Source: a virus
Lineage: Duplodnaviria > Caudoviricetes
DNA length: 64,000 nt
Strand: one strand, 5' to 3'
IMG/VR virus record: IMGVR_UViG_3300028454_000499
Location: 1 to 64,000 of that record
The notes beneath the pieces were generated by a model, which searched no databases, had not been told where the DNA came from, and was given only the letters and a program-made list of their open reading frames with translations. A program made the position numbers and the translations under genes. Below are positions 29,670-38,086 of this stretch, in pieces; position 1 is the stretch's first letter; each line of letters starts with the position of its first letter.

Positions 29670-29837
29670 ATGGATTACAGTTACGATTATGTGTTGAGTA
29701 AGGTATGGACGAAGATTGCAGGTGTAGAGCAGGTTCTCTCTTATGTCTGCAACGAGGGCGATGAAGGCTACGAAGTAATTGACAACGCTCGCGAAACTCT
29801 TATAGATGCCTTAGAACTTATTGACAAAGTTAGATAA
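29670..29837 (+). CDS. Small acidic helical protein, paralog 2 (55 aa)
   Basis: MDYSYDYVLSKVWTKIAGVEQVLSYVCNEGDEGYEVIDNARETLIDALELIDKVR; GGAGG RBS. Confidence 0.8.
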   Translation: MDYSYDYVLSKVWTKIAGVEQVLSYVCNEGDEGYEVIDNARETLIDALELIDKVR

Positions 29838-29847
29838 TAGAAATACC

Positions 29848-29875
29848 AAGACACGGTTCAACGCCGTGTTTTTTT
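29848..29875 (+). terminator. Terminator of unit 2
   Basis: ACACGG/CCGTGT plus T-tract. Confidence 0.8.
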
Positions 29876-30119
29876 ATTATCCGTCTTTAATGCACATTTG
29901 TACTTTTTCAAAAAATCTGCCCTAAATTTCCACATGAATTCAAACTTTGTGGTATAATGCGCCCTCCCCTGCAGCCCATAGGCACAATCCCCGTAAAATC
30001 AAAGTTTTTCAAAAAACTGCCCCGTTTTTCCTCGTGACAAAAAATTATTTGCTATCATAGATACCATAAACAGGGAAGCAAATTCCCCCAATAAAATAAT
30101 TATATCGGAGGTATCTATT

Positions 30120-30278
30120 ATGGATAGTGAAGTTTTAGACCGGGTTTGGACAAAAATTGTAGGCGTAGAGCAGGTTCTCTCTTATGTAAGCGATGAATGT
30201 GATGAAAATTACGAGGTCATCGCTAATGCCCGTGATACGCTGCTCGATGCCGCAGAACTTATTGACAAAGTTAAATAA
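30120..30278 (+). CDS. Small acidic helical protein, paralog 3 (52 aa)
   Basis: Manual: MDSEVLDRVWTKIVGVEQVLSYVSDECDENYEVIANARDTLLDAAELIDKVK; GGAGG RBS; TGGTATAAT at 29950-29958. Confidence 0.8.
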   Translation: MDSEVLDRVWTKIVGVEQVLSYVSDECDENYEVIANARDTLLDAAELIDKVK

Positions 30279-30291
30279 CGGAAACCCAAGG

Positions 30292-30319
30292 GACACGGCT
30301 TACCGCCGTGTCTTTTTTT
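30292..30319 (+). terminator. Terminator of unit 3
   Basis: GACACGG/CCGTGTC plus T7. Confidence 0.8.
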
Positions 30320-30556
30320 ATTCCCCCAACAAAGCCCTAATAGCATCGTCACCTTCCAGCACCCCATTCGTGGATTCCCCATTAAGTGCTGCCTGTTCCT
30401 TCTCGGCGTTCTCACTAAGCCCCACCAGCAAATCCTCCATCTGGTTAATCCGCAGATTTTCAATGTCCTGCATCGTAAGGCTTGTGTTCTTGACCAAGGA
30501 TGCAAACAGATTACGCCAATGCGTTTCCTCGCCGGCCTTTATTTCCGTTTTTTTTT
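30318..30556 (-). CDS. Tail assembly chaperone gpT part (expressed as a G-T fusion)
   Basis: Frame -1 relative to gpG, entered at the A9 slippery site; no own RBS/start seen. Confidence 0.75.
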
Positions 30557-30913
30557 GAAGGTGGACAGACCAAGGAGCAGTTCTACAATCTGCGCCGCGG
30601 TTTCCAGGTCCAGCCATTCGTTAATCTGTTCCCTCGTTTCCCGGTAATCCAAAGCCAGCTCCACGATTTCCATTACATCATCCGCAAAGCCGTTATCGAA
30701 GTTCACCCGCCCATCCGGCAGCACATCCACTTCGCCATCATCGTCAATCACCGGTGCCATCGCATACAGAGCAAACGAGCCGGGGTCATACTTCGTGGTA
30801 AAATCCGTAACCGTCTGAATATCCTTGAACCGTGCCGAGTAAACCTTATGCTTCTTACCGTATCTATCGCGTACCATGCGATAAACGGACAGGGTATTTT
30901 CCTCATTCTCCAT
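30539..30913 (-). CDS. Tail assembly chaperone gpG
   Basis: Between major tail and tape measure; ends TTC AAA AAA AAA CGG AAA TAA. Confidence 0.8.
   Translation of the reverse strand: MENEENTLSVYRMVRDRYGKKHKVYSARFKDIQTVTDFTTKYDPGSFALYAMAPVIDDDGEVDVLPDGRVNFDNGFADDVMEIVELALDYRETREQINEWLDLETAAQIVELLLGLSTFKKKRK
30548..30556 (-). other. Programmed -1 frameshift slippery site (A9)
   Basis: A AAA AAA at the gpG 3' end links to the open -1 frame. Confidence 0.75.
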
Positions 30914-30953
30914 CAAAATCACTCCCATTTTCACGCTCTGTGGTATAATATAA

Positions 30954-31017
30954 AAAAGCAAGCGATTAGCCCCTCGCCCTCTATTGGCGGGGGATTGTTA
31001 GTCGCTTGCTTTTCTTT
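30954..31017. terminator. Long hairpin / bidirectional terminator
   Basis: AAGCAAGCGATTAG...TTAGTCGCTTGCTT flanked by A and T tracts. Confidence 0.65.
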
Positions 31018-31065
31018 TACGCCATTATACCTGTATACCATTGCACCATTATAACGGTGTAATGA
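31018..31065. repeat. 8-bp-phased repeat array B
   Basis: tacgccat tatacctg tataccat tgcaccat tataacgg tgtaatga. Confidence 0.85.
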
Positions 31066-31072
31066 ATCTTCA

Positions 31073-31285
31073 TTATTCTACTTCTTCAATCCTTAAAATA
31101 TCTTTCATAAACAAAGTCACCAACGGGCTATTATCCGCATAGACATCATACGCCCATTCATCATCTTCTTCTGCTGGATTATGTAAATTGACAACATACG
31201 AATCACCATCCCATAACGTGAGTTTTGCCTTATGATGATTCTTCTGTATAGCGATTAGCCTTTTCAACTTTTCTTGTGAATTCAT
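31073..31285 (-). CDS. Hypothetical moron protein, 70 aa
   Basis: AT-rich ORF between arrays B and C. Confidence 0.65.
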   Translation of the reverse strand: MNSQEKLKRLIAIQKNHHKAKLTLWDGDSYVVNLHNPAEEDDEWAYDVYADNSPLVTLFMKDILRIEEVE

Positions 31286-31364
31286 AGCCCATACCTTTCA
31301 CTCAATAACATTGCTATGCTAGTGATTTCTACGCCTCTCCTGTTTTCTCCTCCTCAATCAATAG

Positions 31365-31444
31365 TATAATTGTATGACTGTGTACCATTACACCGCTATA
31401 CAATTACACCGCTATACAATTACACCATTACAACGGTGCAATAG
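31365..31444. repeat. 8-bp-phased repeat array C
   Basis: tataattg tatgactg tgtaccat tacaccgc tatacaat tacaccgc tatacaat tacaccat tacaacgg tgcaatag. Confidence 0.9.
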
Positions 31445-31487
31445 AAGAAAAACGGGCTTCAGCCACGAAAGCCAAAGCCCACCTTCC

Positions 31488-32231
31488 TTAGTCCTTCACC
31501 TTGGAAATGGTGACCACCGCAAAGTCATCGTGACCATCGCCGGGGTCAAGGATATTCACGGTCAGCTGCGGCGTAGAAGCCTTATCACGAGCCGTTTCCA
31601 TATCGAACTTACCGTCACAACGCACACGACGAGCATAGATGTCCACCTGGTACTTCGTACCATCGGAAGATTCCGTCTGGAACATCCAGTTAAACGTTGC
31701 TACCTCCGGCATTGCATTTTTCAGCATGGATGCCTTTACTGCGGTATCATCGTCAGCCTTGTACCACACTGCATACTCACCTGCTGCCGCATCTTCGGCA
31801 AAGGTTACCTTACCATCAGCACCAACGTTTACCTTGTCAGACTTCGCCCCGTCCGGACCCAGAATCGCAATGACCTCTACGCCAGACAGCGTTTCACCGG
31901 TCACCAGTTCCGTGGATTCCTTCGTGAGCAGCACACGATTGGTGCGCTTGTTGCCAGCGTTCGTCACATCAACGCCCTGTGCAATCGCCAGCTGGGACAG
32001 CTTGAACTCTGCATTGGTAATCTCGATGTTACCTTCCTTCTTGGAAATGAAGGTGTACAGAGGGAACAGGGAATCACCGCCGTACTGGTCCTCGGTAGTG
32101 GCATTGATATTCAGCTTCATGCTCTGGGACGTAGTAAGTTCCAAGAGTTTACCGGAAACCGTATTCAGAATACCTTTACCGATACCATGCAGAAGCAGGC
32201 CCTTATTCAAGATGTTATTAAGATTAGCCAT
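31488..32231 (-). CDS. Major tail (tube) protein
   Basis: Position before gpG; size 247 aa; beta-rich. Confidence 0.75.
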   Translation of the reverse strand: MANLNNILNKGLLLHGIGKGILNTVSGKLLELTTSQSMKLNINATTEDQYGGDSLFPLYTFISKKEGNIEITNAEFKLSQLAIAQGVDVTNAGNKRTNRVLLTKESTELVTGETLSGVEVIAILGPDGAKSDKVNVGADGKVTFAEDAAAGEYAVWYKADDDTAVKASMLKNAMPEVATFNWMFQTESSDGTKYQVDIYARRVRCDGKFDMETARDKASTPQLTVNILDPGDGHDDFAVVTISKVKD

Positions 32232-32252
32232 GTTTCACATCACATTCCTTTC

Positions 32253-32681
32253 TTAGTTGAATACCAGCGGCATAAATTCCAGCCGGTACTTAAATATATC
32301 CTTGATTCCAGAGGTTCTTTGCCCCTCGGCGCAAACACGCTCGTCAAAATGCTCGTGCATAAGGCTGACAATCCTCTCTCGTATCGCTGCGGTGCTTGAC
32401 CGTCGTTTCGTATAAATGTCAATTCTTAGGATGCCCTTATTCATGTAAGCATTTTTCGTTGTATTTGCATCGACGAAATAGAACGCAATGAAATTCAAAT
32501 CACTTGGTTCAAATTCATCTACCTCTTGGTCCCTGCGCCGGAACTTCAAGGCAAATCTCCTGTCCTTGTCCGGGTGAAACGGAATCCCCGGCTGCGGATT
32601 TTCAATGTTAAGGCATTTTCGGAGCAAATCATCCTCGGTAAAAACCTTGGCAAGTTTATCCGTATACTGAAAAGTATTCAC
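32253..32681 (-). CDS. Tail terminator-like protein
   Basis: ILRIDIYTK motif; position. Confidence 0.6.
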   Translation of the reverse strand: MNTFQYTDKLAKVFTEDDLLRKCLNIENPQPGIPFHPDKDRRFALKFRRRDQEVDEFEPSDLNFIAFYFVDANTTKNAYMNKGILRIDIYTKRRSSTAAIRERIVSLMHEHFDERVCAEGQRTSGIKDIFKYRLEFMPLVFN

Positions 32682-33259
32682 GTTCCTTCACCTCTCATAA
32701 CGTACCTGTCGGCCATGTGACCCAAAACATTGTACAGGTCATCCTCCATCGTCGCTATCCTTGCTGATTCGCCGGATGCAGCGGTTACGTTATCCCGGAT
32801 AATATGCTGTCCCTTGATGGGACTTACCTTCTTCCACGGCTTGCCACCCCCGGCGGTTTCCCATTCGAGGTTCAAGCCATGAGGCATGGCTATCGAAGAA
32901 CCCTCATGGAAATTACCGTCAAGGTCATAGTAAGGACCACGGCTGCGGATTTCGTTGCCGCTCTCGTCATTGCCCGGCGGCTTGCCACGCTCTTTATTCC
33001 ATAACTCGCTTCGTTTGTAATCCGGCAAATCCGGATTTTCTTTTTCATCATCCATTTTCGAGCCGGAGCCATGTTCGAGAATCCACATCTTTTGCCCCTG
33101 TGCCGTGTATTCCCCACGGACAACATCGTAATCATCCTTGACTATCTGGAAGTCAATCTCGGCATTACCTTCCGGTCTTTTATGCTTTGACCAGTCGGAA
33201 CGAATATCTGCCATGATACCCTTCGCCGTCTTTTCCATCACGCTTGCCAGTTCACTCAT
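32678..33259 (-). CDS. Tail completion / neck protein
   Basis: ILEHGSG motif; position. Confidence 0.55.
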   Translation of the reverse strand: MSELASVMEKTAKGIMADIRSDWSKHKRPEGNAEIDFQIVKDDYDVVRGEYTAQGQKMWILEHGSGSKMDDEKENPDLPDYKRSELWNKERGKPPGNDESGNEIRSRGPYYDLDGNFHEGSSIAMPHGLNLEWETAGGGKPWKKVSPIKGQHIIRDNVTAASGESARIATMEDDLYNVLGHMADRYVMRGEGT

Positions 33260-33816
33260 TAGCGGTTATCCTCCGACACCTGCACTTCCAAAAGATTTAC
33301 ATACTTGGCCGTATCCACGTTTACCACGTTGTAGTTTCTCCCATTAAGTCGAATCCGATACAGGAGGTCAATTTCAATGTCTGGCCGCATGATAATCTTC
33401 TTTACGGTGGTCTGGAGTAGACCTGCATCATACTGTTTCATGGATGCAGAAATATCCGTGAAATTCACAGGCACATTTTCCGCGATGGTTACCGCCTTTT
33501 GTTCCACGAGTTCATAATCCTCGTACACATCCTCGAACCTAATCACCTCAATGTAACCATTGATTCGCCGTCCCTGCATCTGCACAGCATCGGCAGACCG
33601 CTGTTTGGCGATGATAAGGAACTTTTCGCCGGAAACCTCACGGGTAACCAGCTCCCCATCGGTGATTTCCGTGTCCGTATCGGTGACGATAACCTTGCCA
33701 TCCGCAATGGTCTTGGGGGCCATGGACTTGCCACGGCGCAGCACCAAGGCTTTTTCTGTCTTACCGCGGAAGGTAAGCGGCTCTAAGCGGTCAGTGTAGA
33801 ACTGCAAGACATTCAT
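33259..33816 (-). CDS. Head closure-like protein
   Basis: YRIRLNGRNYNVVNVD motif; position. Confidence 0.6.
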   Translation of the reverse strand: MNVLQFYTDRLEPLTFRGKTEKALVLRRGKSMAPKTIADGKVIVTDTDTEITDGELVTREVSGEKFLIIAKQRSADAVQMQGRRINGYIEVIRFEDVYEDYELVEQKAVTIAENVPVNFTDISASMKQYDAGLLQTTVKKIIMRPDIEIDLLYRIRLNGRNYNVVNVDTAKYVNLLEVQVSEDNR

Positions 33817-34379
33817 TGCACCTGCACCCCGTCCAGAATCCGCTTTACTTCCTCGGTCATCACGCCGTCATTGCCCAGCGTAACCTTGATGTCGTAGTCA
33901 TCGCGGGACTTCCACCGCAGGATGCCACCCATCTGCTTGATATTGCAGGCGATAATACCGCAGACACGTTTTACATCCTCCGGGATTTCCGCATAGCCAC
34001 TCACATAATGCACCGTAATGTTTTTCGGGACATTGCGGAACATCAAGGCTCTGGGCATATAAAACGTGAAATATGGGGACGTATCGCCGTCGAACTCCAG
34101 ACACTCCGGGTCAAATTCAAGGGAATCTACACCAAAGGGGCTGCGCGTTTTTGCGGTCACCTTATCCACGGAGATACGCGGGAAATGCACGAGCTTCCCT
34201 CTGGTTTCCTCTGTGGTTCTTCGGTAGGTCAAATCCACCCGTTCTGTGCGCTCGACTGCCCCAAAGGAACAGCCCTTGTAGGCATCAATGAGAACGCTTG
34301 CCGCCTCAACGTGCTCCATCGTCACGCCCACGGTCAAGCCGCAATACTTCGTAAGTTCTTCCTCGGTAACGTATGTCAC
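33813..34379 (-). CDS. Head-tail adaptor
   Basis: TYVTEEEL..., VHYVSGYAEIPEDVK. Confidence 0.75.
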   Translation of the reverse strand: MTYVTEEELTKYCGLTVGVTMEHVEAASVLIDAYKGCSFGAVERTERVDLTYRRTTEETRGKLVHFPRISVDKVTAKTRSPFGVDSLEFDPECLEFDGDTSPYFTFYMPRALMFRNVPKNITVHYVSGYAEIPEDVKRVCGIIACNIKQMGGILRWKSRDDYDIKVTLGNDGVMTEEVKRILDGVQVQ

Positions 34380-34552
34380 TTGATGTAACCCTCCTGTCGC
34401 AGATAATCCGCAAATTCCGCAGACACCTTAATCTTCCCGTCCTTAATGGGAATCTCCACGCAATTTGCCATGAAAGACCTGCATTTCTTATACGCCTCTG
34501 CTACCTCGTATCCGGTCACTTCGACTTCATCCGTTTTCTTTTTCGCTGCCAT
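34376..34552 (-). CDS. Small protein after capsid, 58 aa
   Basis: Manual: MAAKKKTDEVEV...FADYLRQEGYIK; GAGGG RBS; GTGA overlap with adaptor. Confidence 0.7.
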   Translation of the reverse strand: MAAKKKTDEVEVTGYEVAEAYKKCRSFMANCVEIPIKDGKIKVSAEFADYLRQEGYIK

Positions 34553-34585
34553 ACTATCACCCCCTCAATCTCACGGCTTAATTAA

Positions 34586-34653
34586 GCCCTTCAAGGGTAG
34601 GGCATATTGGTAAGGGCGTGGGGTTTCCCCTCACGCACCCTTCCTTGAAGGGC
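34586..34653. other. Long stem-loop after the capsid gene
   Basis: GCCCTTCAAGG/CCTTGAAGGGC with inner GCGTG/CACGC; no clear U-tract. Confidence 0.5.
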
Positions 34654-34658
34654 ATGGA

Positions 34659-35726
34659 TTAGGCCGTGGGATTAACGGTCTTGGTCAAGATGAAGTGTGC
34701 ACCGGTCTGTGCTCCGTGTACGATGTAGTTGGAGAAGTCCAGTACAAACTTATCCGTCAGCAGACGGTCATTGGCCAGCGGCGTTTCCGGATTGGCAATC
34801 TCGTAAACCTTCGGGCCATCGTTGAACAGCCAGATACGGTCAATCATTTCCGTATTCAGAGCAACGATTTTGTGCGTTACCGCACCAGTCTTTTCATCGA
34901 CTTCCGGCTTGATGAACGGGGTCAGCACAATGGGCAGCACACCAGTCGGCGTGTAGAAGCCGGTAACCTTTACGCCGGGCAGGATTTCTGCCTGGATTTC
35001 ACGATGGTAAATCTGCCGAGCCTGTTCCTCCTTGACCAGCACATCGTAGGTGGCCGGATTCATGGCAATGACATTCGGCATACCCTTGTAGTCAAGGCGG
35101 GCCATCATATTGGCGATTTTCGTGTTCAGCGCATCGGAAATCGTGGTCTTATCCGCAATAGGGGATACATCGGTAATCTGGGACAGTACGCCGCAATACT
35201 CGAAGGAATCCGTTGCATCCAGAGCAGTCTTGCCGTTCCAGAAGTCGTTTGAAGTCTTACGAGCGAAATCTACAAACATATCGTTGTAGTCCTTGGCGGT
35301 CAAATCCTCAAAAGTGCCGTAATTCTTCTCCATCTGACGAGTGAAGAAGTCATAGCGGATACCGGTAGCATATGCACGGGCAAATGCCTGTTTCCAGTTA
35401 TCGCGCTTGTAATCGTTGTCCAGTACCTTCGGACGGTAAGAAGGAGCTTCCTTCGTACCAAAACCCACACGGGGGTCAATGGCTACCGTGTTCTCCGGAA
35501 TTGCCATCTGCTCATTCCAAGTATGGGGATAACCCTTGGCTCGGATGGAATTTACTTTCAGACCGATGGCGAAGTCGCGCTTCAGATAATCATGGAGCAC
35601 AGTGTCATACTCGCCAACGACGAGCATATGGTCCTCGTTATATACCGTAACGGGGTTACCTGCGGATTTAATCAGCGTACCGTCTACGCCGGTAGCCATA
35701 GCCGCAGCAAATTTTTCTCTAGCCAT
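34659..35726 (-). CDS. Major capsid protein
   Basis: 355 aa after protease; FEYCGVLSQIT, PNVIAMNP, GVLPIVLTPFI (HK97-fold-like). Confidence 0.85.
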   Translation of the reverse strand: MAREKFAAAMATGVDGTLIKSAGNPVTVYNEDHMLVVGEYDTVLHDYLKRDFAIGLKVNSIRAKGYPHTWNEQMAIPENTVAIDPRVGFGTKEAPSYRPKVLDNDYKRDNWKQAFARAYATGIRYDFFTRQMEKNYGTFEDLTAKDYNDMFVDFARKTSNDFWNGKTALDATDSFEYCGVLSQITDVSPIADKTTISDALNTKIANMMARLDYKGMPNVIAMNPATYDVLVKEEQARQIYHREIQAEILPGVKVTGFYTPTGVLPIVLTPFIKPEVDEKTGAVTHKIVALNTEMIDRIWLFNDGPKVYEIANPETPLANDRLLTDKFVLDFSNYIVHGAQTGAHFILTKTVNPTA

Positions 35727-35772
35727 GTTTCACATCATCCTTTCCACTAAAAAAGAGCCAATCGCCAAGCGA

Positions 35773-36786
35773 TTAGCCCTGCATACGGAGTTTGGTAATC
35801 TCTTTGAGTTTATCCATGGGATTCATTGCCGATGCCTTGATTTCAGCCAGCTTGGCTTCGCGGTCATCATTACCAGTCAGCGGATTACCCTCTACATGCT
35901 GACCGGCTTTCGGCGCGGGGATTTCCTCATTAGCAGCTTTCAGCGGTTCCGGCTCCTTGCCATCTTCGCCATCCTCTGCTTCATCGCCCTTCTGCTCGGC
36001 GGCAGCCTTGATTTCATCCACGTCGTTTTTGGCCTGTTCTGCGGCTGCTTTGACTTCATCAAGGGACTTCTGAATACCCTCAATATCCTCCTTGGAAACC
36101 TGCGCTTCCAAAGAAGCCTTGATTTCGTCCTGGGCATTTTCAATGCCCTTAATGCGTTCCTCCATGGATTCGGCAACCGATGCCGCAATCTCTTTTACCA
36201 GTGCGTCCTTTTCCTCTTTCGTCATTTCCACATCACTCCTGTTCGCTTTCGCCGCTGCCAATTTCTCAATGAACGTATCCGAGAACGCAGCGCAGTTCTG
36301 CCAAAGGATTGCACAGCCACAACCCTCAAATTTGTCCATAAAAATTACTTCTTCATCCTCATGGGTAGCCGTTGCATACCATTCGAGCGAGAATCCCAAG
36401 GAACCAGCCCCATTGAGAATCATGTATACTTCATCCGGGTACTTCTCTTTCCAGATGACGATTTCAGCCATGAGGTTTTCCCCCTCCGCATGAACTTCGC
36501 GGATATAACCGATGTTTACATTGCCATGGTCAGAAAACAGTTCGTCGGTATCCTCGTACCAATCTGGATATACGCAGTTCAGCGGCATCCCCACAAAGGA
36601 CTGACCGCAAGCCTCAATGGATTCCTGCGTAAAGACCACACGCTTGCCACCGGCACCACAGGGCGAACCAGTAGAAGCCTTGCCAATCGTGGCAATACAG
36701 CCGGTGACAATCATCTTATGGGCTTCCGTGGACATCACAATGTTAGAGAGCGATGCTTCAATCTTTGTCTTTTTCGTTGCTATCAC
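35773..36786 (-). CDS. Prohead protease fused to scaffold
   Basis: DHG..IGYI..V...L.AE..IW, LGFSLE; acidic coiled-coil C-term. Confidence 0.7.
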   Translation of the reverse strand: MIATKKTKIEASLSNIVMSTEAHKMIVTGCIATIGKASTGSPCGAGGKRVVFTQESIEACGQSFVGMPLNCVYPDWYEDTDELFSDHGNVNIGYIREVHAEGENLMAEIVIWKEKYPDEVYMILNGAGSLGFSLEWYATATHEDEEVIFMDKFEGCGCAILWQNCAAFSDTFIEKLAAAKANRSDVEMTKEEKDALVKEIAASVAESMEERIKGIENAQDEIKASLEAQVSKEDIEGIQKSLDEVKAAAEQAKNDVDEIKAAAEQKGDEAEDGEDGKEPEPLKAANEEIPAPKAGQHVEGNPLTGNDDREAKLAEIKASAMNPMDKLKEITKLRMQG

Positions 36787-38071
36787 CCCCTTCTGTATCG
36801 GTAGTGTCCTTTATACCCCCATTCCCGTTGAATCCACCGGCAATACCAAGGTCAACATTGATATTCGCCGTTTTCTCCGGGTAGGTCATATTGGCATAAT
36901 CCGAAGTGCTTTCCTCGTAGCCCATGATTCTGCGGACTTCGTTCTCCGTAAGCACTCCCTTGTAATATTCATCCACCACACGCTTAGACTTGATGGACTT
37001 CTGATTTTCCGAATCCTCGAAGATATACCGGAACTTCAATACACCGCCAAGCCCCATGTTGGCAATCACATAGTTGTTGTACAAATCCTCCATCATCGCC
37101 GCATACGGCTTGATAAGTTCCTGCAACATGGCATTTTCCTGGTCCTCACCGGTGCTCCTGTCGTTAGCGATGACCAGACCGAGTTTTTCTGGAGGAATAC
37201 CAAACGCCACGCCGACAATCTGTGTCAGCTTTTCCAGCCATTGCAGATACAGACCATCGCTGTTGATTGCCTTAATCTGCTTGGTTTCTACAGACTTTGA
37301 ACCGGCCACCACAGGGATGCGCCCCGTACCTTCGATTTCATTTTTCATATACTCGATGAATTTCTCCCTCTGCTCCGAGGTAACCCCTTCACCAAGGGAA
37401 ATCAAAAATTCTGCCGTGGCATTTGTAGCCTTGTCGTTGGCCTGTTCGATGGAATCCAGGTAGAACTTCACATACTGATAAGCCATCATTATCGGCGATA
37501 AGCCGTATGGCTGATAAGTGAAATAAGACCGCTGCATATAGGCAATGTCCTTGGCGGTAAAATACTTCATGCCGTCAGATTGCTGCTGCATATACCGTGC
37601 GGCGTTATCGTCCGTGTAATCATACGGAACGACCATCTGAATGGTGCTGCCATCCACCGGATAAAGGTATACCGGATGTTTGGCTGACCGTGCTTTAGCC
37701 ACTTCCGCACACATGGCATCGAGTACCATGGCATCGTCCAAGAGCCGCTTGGTAAACGAACTGCGGCTGTCCACGAGATTCGGATGCTCGATGCAATTCT
37801 GAATCGCCGCGATTTCTCTCACCCTCTTGCCCCGGCCACCGATTACTTCAATGGTATAAGGCTGACGAGCCAAAGCATCCTGCACAATGGTTATCGCTTT
37901 CCGAACTATGGGGTCACGGCTGAAATTCCGTAACTGCCGCACCGTAGGATTCTTGGGGAGCACCGACTTGTGCTTTTTGTCCCGTGGAATCCAGCTCATA
38001 TAAGTCTGATTCGGAAGAAGCCTTGCGAGAGGGCTTTTGCTTGCCAAATATCGTTTTACCTTGTCAAACAA
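36758..38071 (-). CDS. Portal protein
   Basis: LYPVDGST, YGLSPI, AFGIPPEKLG, LTENEVRRIMG. Confidence 0.9.
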   Translation of the reverse strand: MFDKVKRYLASKSPLARLLPNQTYMSWIPRDKKHKSVLPKNPTVRQLRNFSRDPIVRKAITIVQDALARQPYTIEVIGGRGKRVREIAAIQNCIEHPNLVDSRSSFTKRLLDDAMVLDAMCAEVAKARSAKHPVYLYPVDGSTIQMVVPYDYTDDNAARYMQQQSDGMKYFTAKDIAYMQRSYFTYQPYGLSPIMMAYQYVKFYLDSIEQANDKATNATAEFLISLGEGVTSEQREKFIEYMKNEIEGTGRIPVVAGSKSVETKQIKAINSDGLYLQWLEKLTQIVGVAFGIPPEKLGLVIANDRSTGEDQENAMLQELIKPYAAMMEDLYNNYVIANMGLGGVLKFRYIFEDSENQKSIKSKRVVDEYYKGVLTENEVRRIMGYEESTSDYANMTYPEKTANINVDLGIAGGFNGNGGIKDTTDTEGGDSNEKDKD

Positions 38072-38086
38072 TTTTTCTCACCCCTC

